Below, piece by piece: positions 12,634-23,020 of a DNA stretch of 64,000 nt. A program made the translations under genes and the position numbers. The notes beneath the pieces are model-generated. The model was not told the origin of the DNA. It saw only the letters and a list, made by a program, of their open reading frames with translations, and did no database searches. The first letter of the stretch is position 1. Each line of letters opens with the position of its first letter. This DNA comes from Octopus bimaculoides (lineage: Eukaryota): positions 67,018,733 through 67,082,732 of the forward strand of contig NC_068984.1 in the NCBI RefSeq assembly GCF_001194135.2, written 5' to 3'.

Positions 12634-14476
12634 CTGCCATAAAAAAGGAAGGATAGATAAATGTAATTTTAAATGATTATTTATTTATTTATTTGTGGAA
12701 AATCAGTGACAGGGAGAAAATTAACGTCCACAACTTCTTTGCTTTTCTTCCGTTTTTTTTTTTTTAATTTTTGTCAAAGATTGAAGACTAGAACCTATGA
12801 CCCTTTATTTTTTTTAGTGCCCCTAAGACAGGTAGAAGGAAGGAAAAACAGCATGCTCAAATTATGAACCTAGCTTGAAAGCTTGCAGCAGAGTGAACTC
12901 GAGGACCAGTTGGTGGTGACAGAATAAATCTAGCACCCCAAAATCAAGAACATAGAGATAAGGAACAATTTGCCACAAGGCATTGTGTAAGACACTGCAA
13001 CATTTCTATCCAAACATTGATCCGGATCGGTATTTTATCTTATTTTATCAATCCAGAAAGGGTGGAAAGGAAAGACGACCTTGGCAGGATTTGAACTCGA
13101 AGGACAGAGAGTTGGAACAAATATTATCATTTTGTCCTATGCTCAACCCCTCAGTCAGTTCAAAGCCGTTTTCAGAGCCTATGAGGCTGGTGGAAGGACA
13201 TAATCCTTAGATTTAGTTTAAATACCTGCAGTGGAACAGATTCTGCAAGAAGTATTCACAATTTGATAAAAGACATGAGGGAAATGACTAGAATCGGGGC
13301 TTGTAAGGCTATGGGTTCAGCCAATACATTAGTTTTCGGATTGGCCAGCTAACTAAAGGGGAAGGTGCATATATGATGGGGTTTGTTAGTCCACATTACT
13401 CTGTAAAGAGCAGAGTGCCATTTTCCCTGGTTTCTCTTGCATATATATTCCTCCCTGGATTGGACATGGGTCTATTGCAGGATGACTAAGTTTTATCAAC
13501 TTAGTGGACTGGAGCAATGTGAAAGGAAGTGTTTTGCTCAAGAACACAACGCATTGCCTAGTCCAGGAATTGAAACCACTGCACCATGAGCCTACACTAT
13601 AGCGTTGCACCAGAACCCTGACCCCAAAAAAGCAAAACAAGACATCCCCTCTGATTATCTAACAATGATGGGTTCACATCAAACATTGCTCTTCTAATTC
13701 AATATTATTACTTCTCAGTACAATATTATGAAGTTTGTGTTTCCAAAACTTCAGTTACTGAATGTTGCTAAAAAAAAAAAAATATTGTTTAGCTTTAATC
13801 TAGAAACGAACAATAAATATCTAAGATTAATACAATAAATAAATGCTTTAAGAGTATAAAACTCAGAATCTTAAAGTCTAGTCCTTCATTGTCATCATAT
13901 GTAACTGCAGTGAATTTGCCTTTAAAAGTTGAAATATGTCAAACATATTTTAACTAACTTAAAGTTCACTTATACCTAAACACTGCTTGGTTCTGATACT
14001 GCTGTAATATACATATATGCTTCTGTGTATATGTAAAATTTTAATTAAAAAAAAAAAACACTTTTTCAATTGGATGAGATATCATTCCTGTTTGCTTTTA
14101 AGATTTGATCAGGTAAGTCTTCAAAAGTTTTCCTTGCAACTGCTGCTTTGATAACCTTACATATCAATATTTCGCAAAGTTTTGATATTATTATACAATA
14201 CTTGATATGAATTAAAGATATATTAAGAATTGGTCTGCTCGACCATTTTAGCAAGGAAATAATTAAAATGTGTTATTTACTTTTAAAAGACTAGTGTTGC
14301 TGGAAACATTAAGAAAGAAATAATGAATTGAAATATTAGGAAAATATCTCATCACAACATTACTATGATTGATCTATATAGAATATTAAGCTATGTTGCT
14401 ATATGTAAATTTTGAAGTCATTATTACCTGATATTGATTGATATGAAGCCTTGAAGATAATAATTTTCTAATTATG

Positions 14477-14952
14477 AGCAAAGTAGCTAGTTCTAAAATC
14501 TCTAAACGAGATATAAGTAGTAACAATTCTAGACAGTAATGTATTTTTGTCACTATAACATGGCTGTTCAATAAAGAACCATGTAACTACATTTTAACTC
14601 CAGGAAAACTTCTTTTCCAGCTGGTTAATGACAAACAACCTGTGTCCGGTATATTGTGAATAAGGGAGTGAACCATTCCCCTCCAGCTTGGCAAGACCGG
14701 TAGACCATGGTTTCTGGGTGTTTACTCTTCATTGGTACTGGACACCTGCCTGCTAAAGATGGAAATCAATTGTCCCCAGTCATAGTATATGAACAGCGAA
14801 GCTGCAGACTGTTGCAAATCTTGAAATAAGCAAAGTAGTTACTTCTAAAATCTCTAAATGAGATATAAGTAGAAACAATACTAGACGGTAATGCTTTTTT
14901 TGCCACTATAACATGGCTGTTCTATATGTGGTAACATTTTAACCACAGGAAA
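14477..14952. repeat. Diverged direct repeat of about 125 bp with a period of 352 bp
   Basis: AGCAAAGTAG...CTATAACATGGCTGTTC...CATTTTAAC(T/C)(C/A)CAGGAAA at 14477-14607 and 14829-14952. Confidence 0.85.
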
Positions 14953-15757
14953 GAATTTTCTAATTCTTTACCCATTCACAAGCCTTATATCATATGACCA
15001 GTTATTCCGATGACATAAATGGAGTATTCAGATTTTTGTTTACAGGTGTGATTAAGAAGCATGTCTCCCAGTGATGTGGTCTCATGTTCAATCCTACTGT
15101 GTGGCACCTTGGGCAGTGTATTCGATGGCTCTGGCCTGACCACAGTGTTGTGAAAATATTTAGTTGACAGAGACTGAAAGAAGTCCATCGTTTGTGTGTG
15201 TGCATATGTATGTATTTGAGTGTGTGTGTGTACGTATGTATGCATGCATGTATGTATATGTGGTTGTGTGTAACCTTGCTGTGAATCATGTGAAAGCTGG
15301 AAATGAACATTTTAATCATACATGCAAAGTTATTTGTTTCTGGTCTCCAGTAGAGAAAAATGTGTGCTCATGGGAAATATTATCTTGTTTGGAAACAGCG
15401 AGGGTTTGTGACAGGAAGAGCACCTGACACAAAAATCTACCTCAATGCCAAATGATGATAATGATATTCTAGTTGAAATATCTGTCTCTCCACATATACA
15501 CACTAATACACACGCACACATACTTCAGCAATGTAACTACACGTGTGGTGTTAGTGATTTCTTTTCCTTCTTTTGACTTTTCCCTCTCTCCTTTCCAGTG
15601 AAGAGCTATGCTCAAAACGTCAAACTCTCTCTTTTCACAAGTGTAAAGCTAATATATTCCTTGTGCATGTCCTTGTGTTGTCTGTTAATTTTATTCATTT
15701 ATCTGAATTGATTGTTTATTTAAATTGACTATATATATTTATATATGCACACACACC

Positions 15758-15792
<35 letters not shown>

Positions 15793-16259
15793 GTTTTAGA
15801 TATATATATTTATAGAAATACATTAAATATATTGTGACTATGTAGCATCTGTTTTAGATAACATTAGATTACATATACGGATTTCCTTAGATTATTTAGA
15901 AAGTAAATTTTGTTTTCTGGTGAGAGATATTTTCAATGGAAATGATATAAGTACATTAGTTGTGCTTTATTTCATTATCTCAGGAAGAGAGAAGAGCAAT
16001 TTGTCTGACAGTTAAATTTGAATTCTATAAATGGCATTTAAATTATTTAAGATATATTGATTAAGAAAGTGCCATCTGCTCTAGCACAAGACCTTGTGAG
16101 CAGATATAATAGAAGGAAGCTGAAAGAATTTGTTGTGTGTAACAGAGTAACTCAATGCTTCAGAACATCAAACTACTTCCTTGATTTGTAACTAGTTTGA
16201 CTAATGGTAATGCATTACACTCTTGTCGGCCCTTGAGTAACTCTGTTACTTCTATCATA

Positions 16260-16300
<41 letters not shown>

Positions 16301-16805
16301 NNNNNNNNNNNNNNNNNNNNNNNNNNNNNNNNNNNNNNNNNNNNNNNNNNNNNNNNNNNNNNNNNNNNNNNNNNNNNNNNNNNNNNNNNNNNNNNNNNNN
16401 NNNNNNNNNNNNNNNNNNNAAATATGATGGGCTTCTTTCAGTTTCTGTCTGCCAAATCCACTCACAAGGCTTTGGTCAGCCCAAGGTTATAATAGAAGAC
16501 ACTTGCCCAAGGTGCCACGCAGTGGAACTGAACCCAGAACCATGTGGTTCGTAAGCAAGTTTCCTACCGCATAGCCACCCCTGCGCTTATTAAAATTTTT
16601 TACTACATCTTTTGTAATTTCTGAAAGAGATTTGAAACCACTACCTATGAATTGTATTGCTACTTCTCAACACCCATGCCTACTGATCCACCGAAGATAT
16701 ATGAAGATACAGTTCCATATTTAAGAGATGAGGAATTTGTAGATTATTTACATTATTTAAATTATTTACAATTGACGGATATTTGTCCTCATCTTGTTTG
16801 TTGTT

Positions 16806-16853
16806 AACACAACGTTTCGGCTGATATACCCTCCAGCTTTCATCAGATGTGTT
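16806..16853 (-). ncRNA. Minimal type-I hammerhead ribozyme motif, partly decayed
   Basis: 5'-aacacat CTGATGA a agctg gagggtatat cagcc GAAA C GTT gtgtt-3': stem I, stem II, palindromic stem III ACGT and a GUU cleavage triplet. Confidence 0.65.
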
Positions 16854-17092
16854 GGGGAAATTTAGAACCTGGGTTCTCATTCCTAAGGTATTTTTCGATG
16901 TTATTATATGCCCGTGGGCATATGGCGTACTGGTTATATGCCTACGGGCATACGGTGTAGTGGTTAAAAGAGCGGGCTACTAACCCCAAGATTCCAAGTT
17001 CGATTCCAGGCATTGACCTGAATAATAATAATAATAATTATTATTATTATGATAACAACAACATCGAAAACCCAGGTTCAAAATTTCCCCAA

Positions 17093-17135
17093 AACACTTG
17101 ATGAAGGCTGGAGGGTATATCAGCTGAAACGTGTT
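17093..17135 (+). ncRNA. Decayed hammerhead motif, second copy
   Basis: aacac TTGATGA a ggctg gagggtatat cagct GAAAC gtgtt: C3>U, and the 3-nt cleavage-site segment is missing. Confidence 0.5.
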
Positions 17136-17533
17136 AACAACAAACAAGATGAGGACAAATGTTCATCAATTGTAAATAATGTATATATGAAGATAATATA
17201 TGTGTGTGCCTTTGTGCTATGTGTGCGCCCCACTCCCCGCCGACAGTTTGTTTATTTGTTTACACTCCCTTAGATTTAATAGTTTGGCAAAGAGGTTCGA
17301 TAGAATAAATACTTGGTTTAAAAGTAAGTACTGGGTTCGATTTTTTCGGCTAAACGTTTCAAGGTGGTGCACCAACGTGGGCGAAGTGGAGAGGCTGAAA
17401 CAAGTAAAAGGTAAAAGACACGAAGTAAAAAAAAAATTATGTCTGGAAAGTAGTTAATTTCATGATAGCAAAATTCTTCGTTAATAGATCCGTAACAAAT
17501 GAATATAAGGGAAATAACTCTTGTAATATTTAC

Positions 17534-17670
17534 TGAGTAATGTCCCATGAAAATCAGGCTGTGAAGCAATTTGACTTTCATATAAAAAACTATGACGCTC
17601 TTGAGGTTTGAACTGGTGGTGTAGTATGAGACAACAGCGTCCATAGGACTCTATTTAGAGTTGAGGGCTG
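17534..17670 (-). other. Candidate exon, possibly 5'UTR or non-coding
   Basis: Acceptor catttattccttacag and donor TCA|gtaaat; contains an ATG at 17644. Confidence 0.25.
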
Positions 17671-18410
17671 CTGTAAGGAATAAATGTATTGGGTGTGAAA
17701 TATTTTTGCGTTTAAAAACTATTATATTCCTTTGCACATAAGTGTTAGTTCGCAAGATATTACAATGTTAAAATAGATATCGAAGATATATACAATATAT
17801 GAATGCGTTATACATACATACATACATACATACACACATATATATATATACACACAAATACATACACATATATATTTATCTCCTATATTCCCACAGAGGT
17901 AAGAGAGAATTTTCTTATATTCTCCAACTGCACACATCTCTAAAGCATCGTAAACTTACCGGCTGTTATTTCATGCAATAATCGTACTGTGTGTACATCT
18001 GCTTTATATATTTACACACACACACATTTTGAGTATGCAAATATCTCTTAAAAGGGATGTGAACATCCAAGCTTTGCCGGTTTAATTTTATATATCAATG
18101 TAAAAGTTCAAGAGCCCAGTATAACTTAATAGTATCGGTGTTTATTGTTTAAATAAGTACCAATTAAGTATATTACAGAGTTTAATGATTATTACAGTTT
18201 GGTATATGGGTATTTTAAAAATTGCATCTTGAGATAGCGAATTAAATATTTCTAATTTTCATTTATTAATTTGTAACTCATTGAGTTTAATATGGAAATA
18301 AATTGTAGCTTACAGAGAATTTTGACAATATGTTAATAGATTGAATTTTATCAGTTAAAACTCTCCATTTTCTCCATATAATATATATATATATACATAT
18401 ATATATATAA

Positions 18411-18673
18411 AAGGATAAATGAAATATAGAGCTATTCTATTGACATTCAATAATTTATTCATATTACAATATTACATTAAATACTATGAATATAATATAT
18501 AACATAAACCATAACATAATATATAAATAATTATAAAAACAGTTTTTATAATTATTTATATAATATTATGTTATGGTTTATGTTATATATCATATTCATA
18601 GTTTTTAATGTAATATTGTAATATAAATGAATTATTGAATGTCAATAGAATATCTCTATATTTAGTTTATCTT
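18411..18673. repeat. AT-rich palindrome with arms of about 130 bp and a 1-nt loop at 18541
   Basis: ...ATAATTATAAAAAC a GTTTTTATAATTAT...; arms roughly 90% identical by eye. Confidence 0.9.
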
Positions 18674-18990
18674 TATTATTGAATTATACCAATATTTATA
18701 TGGTATCGAACTGAAATACCAGTGAATTGGATATTTATCACACTCCTTTGAAGGATTTCTTTTCCTCAGTTTGTTGCTTTATATATATATACATGTAATA
18801 TTTTGGACTGATAGGTATATGTTGATTAGTGTGTTGAAGTGTTGAGTAGAGCACTGGCACAGTTTGGGCTACCTGGTGTCATCTGAGGTCGGGGTATATT
18901 TCTGTTGGATTTACTTCTGGAATTCCGCAGTGTTAGTTGGCATAATAATAACTGATTAAGTAACCAAATCCATCTTCTGGTTACTTAATC

Positions 18991-19043
<53 letters not shown>

Positions 19044-19199
19044 TATATTTCGGGTTCAGTCCCGTTACAGGACAACCGAAGCCTTGTAACTGAATTTGGT
19101 AGGTGGAAGTAATCGTTGTGTGTACATGTGTAAGTGCTTCTGCCTCCTAACCCCATAGCCATGCCCTTTATCTGTTGATATGTTTTATTGTCGAATCTT

Positions 19200-19590
19200 A
19201 AGGTATTTTCTTCTAGTACTTAAGGTATTTTCTTCTAGTAGCCTTGGTGATGAAGTTAGTCTTGAAGTGTTCATTTATCCATCCTGTATGTTTCTCTACC
19301 CAGTGTTTGATTGCTTCTAGGCCTAAAGTGTGAAGTATACTAGTATAGATAGGGTGACATCAAAACTTGTAAGTATAGTACCTTCTGCAACAGTGGGAGG
19401 GATGTGTTAGATGAAATCTATGCCATCCCATACATAACTGGGTGTAAAATCAATCCGTAGTAAATATAAAAATGACCATCTAGGACAATGGTGGTTTATA
19501 GAGATGGAATGTTGTGGATTTTTTTTGTATCGAAGGATGATGAAGTGAAAAAAGTTCTTTTTATATTTCACGGTAGGCAAGCAGGGTTGC
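19200..19590 (-). mobile_element. Penelope-like element reverse transcriptase remnant
   Basis: The minus strand gives PSYVWDGIDFI*HIPPTVAEGTILTSFDVT, then after a frameshift IYTSILHTLGLEAIKHWVEKH. This resembles the PLE RT motif SY(V)xDTxDF...SFDVxSLYTNIP. Confidence 0.8.
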
Positions 19591-20662
19591 CAGATATATG
19601 AATAAGAATACAAGAATTAAGGACTAGAACAGGTAAGATCCGTGCTACATATGTTTCATAGTGAGTGGAACCTCGCACACAGGCACATGCATGCACACAC
19701 ACACACACACACACACACGATCCGCTTCTTTCAGTTTCCATCTACCAAATCTGTTCACAAGGCATTGGTTAGCCTTGGGCTATATTAGAAGACATTTGCC
19801 CAAGGTGCCATGTAGTGGAACTGAACAAGGAACCATGTGGTTAGGAAGTAAGCTTTTTACCACACAGCCACACCTGCATAAGTATACATACATACATACA
19901 TTTATATACACGCACACACACGTATATATATATGAATATCTAAATACACACACACACACATGTATTTATATAAATATCTAAATTCACACACACACATAAA
20001 TAAATACACACATATACATATATCTAAGAATGAATGTATATGTAAAAAGAAGGAACAAGGTATTTCAAGAATAGATTGACTTCTGCATAATGCTCACCGG
20101 CACTAAATAGATGTATTTTATGCGCTTAAAATATTTAAATTAAATCAATATATTTCCATTACTTTATTTTGTTTTAATTTGTTACACATCACTTTATTAT
20201 TCATCTAACATCCTCTTAATATATTTTTCAACCTTGACTGATTTTACAATTTAAATACTATCTCTTCATAGTTACAATCATTTAATCCTCCAGAAGCCCA
20301 CAATAGCTGGGTTTGTTTTAACCCTATACATAGTTTTCCTTCTTTATCCAATAACATCTCTTCCGGATATTTAGTGTAACCTTTTCCACTCACTGCTTAC
20401 ACTTCAATGCCAAACTGCTACTTTTGGTGGATTTTCTTTATCTTATTTGTAACCCTCACAACCACTTGTTGGTTGTCTGATAATTCAAATACACTTGCCA
20501 CACTTGACATTGTCATTATACATTATGGTCTTCTCCATACCTTATCCTTAACTCCATTTCCCTGACCATAATAGTATTGACTAATCTTTTCTGTATATCC
20601 ACCCCTTACTCTTAATGTCTATTAATCTGTATGTCTATCATTTGCTATGGACATTAGTTTCT

Positions 20663-20892
20663 TATTTCTTTATTGCCCACAAGGGACTAAACATAAAGGG
20701 ACAAACATGGACAGACAAAGGGATTAAGTCGATTGCATTGACCCCAGGGCGTAGCTGGTACTTAATTTATCGACCCCGAAGGGATGAAGGGCAAAGTCAA
20801 CCTCGGCGGAATTTGAACTCAGAATGTAACGGCAGCTGAAATACCACTAAGCATTTCTCCTGGTGTGCCAATGTTTCTGCCAGCTCGCTGCC
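20663..20892 (-). mobile_element. SINE family B (B1 tail) with a 15-bp TSD
   Basis: TSD TGGACATTAGTTTCT at 20648-20662 and 20893-20907; body GAAGGGCAAAGTCAACCTCGGCGGAATTTGAACTCAG. Confidence 0.9.
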
Positions 20893-22061
20893 TGGACATT
20901 AGTTTCTATCTACCCTCTTCCTATCATGACCATGCCTTTCTACTGTGCTTTATACCTCACACAAGTTTATAGTAGATCAATGCTTTCCACCAATGATCCA
21001 CTCCATTCTCTCTCCAACAATTTTTTACATAAGGAATTTGTCTACCATATATACTATTCTACTTTACATAAAACTTTAGCTATATTGGTACTTATAATGT
21101 TACTTTGTAAATTAAAATAAAATAGCTTTTAATGATCAAACTTTATCCTTAGCTGCAATATTTTAAGCAAAAATTTTCTTGTTCTGTACTTTACCAGATG
21201 TAATAAGTTGTCCTGAACTTTTCCAAGTGTAATAACTTGCCCTGTGATTTTTCAGCTTTATAATCTTAAGAATATTATTTCTCTTGCTTGTATTTTTCCA
21301 TGTAATCCATGTTCTTCCAGGCTAAGCTATTATGCTAATTAATAACGTCAAATGTGTCAATTAGCAGTGTTATTAATAATTTTTCCCTTACCTCAATGAC
21401 GCCGGTGACTTATATAGAAGTCCCCTTATAGAACTATATTTATAAAAAAGTATAGAACTATATTATCACCCTCAAATTTGAGAAGCAAACACTCATAACT
21501 TTTTTCTTTTAAAACTTCATTGCATAAGATTGATACCATGAAATTCCTTGAATTGAGCTCTATTATTTAAGTTTAATTAAAATATAATTTGTTTATAAAA
21601 TAAAAATGTTAATTCTACTTAAATCTAATTTTTTGCCTTATATTTTTTTCATGATATTTTACCTCACAACTTTTTTGATACAAATTTTGGTTGCCTGGGA
21701 ACAAAACTATGAAATTCTTCATGCTTTCTTCTATCATTGAAGCTAAGATAAATATATTTTGCTTATAAAATAAAAAAAAGTTATTTAGATCTAAACTTGA
21801 GTGGTGGCTTTACTTACTCTCCTATAACGGTGCTACAAATTTTGATGTAAACTTTTTTTTCTGCAGGACCAAATCTCAATTTTTTTATGCCAAAATGTAG
21901 CTACATACCAGACTTCTTCAAAAATGTTAAGTGTTCAATTTGGTTTAATTAGCGACAAGCTCTGAAAGGTGCTGCATGTGAGTAAATTGCAGCCTTAAGA
22001 ATATTATTCAACTTCTACTGTAGTGGAATGATATATACATGTACACACATATATTTACTTC

Positions 22062-22685
22062 TACTTGTTTCACTCACTTGACTACGGCCATGCTGGAGCA
22101 TCATCTTTAGTCGAACAAATCGACCCTAGGACATATTCTTTGTAAGGCTAACACTTATTCTATCAGTCTCTTTTGCCGAACCGCTAGTTCACGGTGACAT
22201 AAACACCAGCATCGGTTGTCAAGCGCTGGTAGAGGGACAAACACAGACATACAAACACACACATACGCACACACATACACATCGAACTTCTTTTCAGTTT
22301 CTTATTTCATTACTGCCCAAAAGGGGCTACATACAGAGGGGACAAACAAGGACAGACTAACGGATTAAGTCGATTATATCGACCCCAGTGCGTAACTGGT
22401 ACTTATTTAATCGACCCCGAAAGGATGAAAAGCAAAGTCGACCTCGGCGGAATTTGAACTCAAAACGTAGCGGCAGACGATACACCGCTAAGCATTTCGC
22501 CCGGCGTGCTAACGTTTCTGCCAGCTCATCACCTTTTCAGTTTCTGTCTATCAAATAAACTCACAAGGCTTTGATCGGCACGAGACTGTAGCAGAAGACA
22601 CTTGCCCAAGGTGCCACGCAGTGGAACTGAGCCCGGAACCATGTGACTGGGAAGCAAGCTTCTTACCATACAGCCACTCCTTTGC
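22062..22685 (-). mobile_element. SINE family A interrupted by a family B SINE
   Basis: The A 3' half (22062-22300) and 5' half (22535-22685) are separated by a B copy with a 13-bp TSD. Confidence 0.88.
22303..22532 (-). mobile_element. SINE family B (B1 tail) nested in SINE A
   Basis: TSD CTTTTCAGTTTCT at 22290-22302 and 22533-22545. Confidence 0.92.
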
Positions 22686-22744
22686 CTATATATATTATAT
22701 ATGAAAGAGATTGTTGTGTATTGTGCTCAGGTGCACTACAACTA

Positions 22745-23020
22745 AGAAAAAAAAAGGTAGATCGAAGACAACGAAGGACGCAGCGTCGTTCTCACGGAAG
22801 ATGACAAGTGACGCCACCCCTGACTATGACGAAGACAGCAACCCCAAGACCAATGACAACAATGACACCGCCGGCAACTCCGAAGTGGACACGGAAGACG
22901 ACGATGACGCCGCCAACGACGACAAAACCGACGCCTATGACGCCTATGACGATGACGACGTCGCGGACACCAACGTTAACCGCCGCCGTCAACGACACCG
23001 ACGGACGACCTTGTTCTAAA
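22745..23020. other. CpG-rich degenerate (GAC)n segment; possible promoter/5'UTR or acidic exon
   Basis: Abrupt rise in GC and CpG content. An open frame from a candidate acceptor at 22730/22731 to TAA at 23019 gives an Asp-rich peptide. Confidence 0.35.

Larger units (their letters stand above)
16762..17179. mobile_element. Inverted pair of Penelope-type terminal repeats with hammerhead motifs, enclosing a tRNA-like head
   Basis: 16762-16885 is the reverse complement of 17067-17179. Each copy carries a (C/T)TGATGA-A-stem-GAAAC core. The spacer contains GTGTAGTGGTTAA...GTTCGATTCC (A/B-box-like). Confidence 0.7.

Noticed and set aside
14640-14755. Resemblance of CPVPMK...YRSCQAGGEW to a class B GPCR hormone-binding domain
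   Set aside because: Short match, weak donor, and no other receptor exons found.
15594-15625. GTGAAGAGCTATGCTCAAAACGTC hammerhead-like relic
   Set aside because: Both C3 and G12 are altered and I see no stem I; too decayed to call.
16960-17015. tRNA genes here and at 44885-45117, 38745-38810 and 61790-61825
   Set aside because: Only A/B-box-like heads without a complete cloverleaf; they belong to SINE-like repeats.
20070-21400. Decayed coding-like DNA on the minus strand
   Set aside because: No motif could be recovered in any frame, so the family cannot be assigned.
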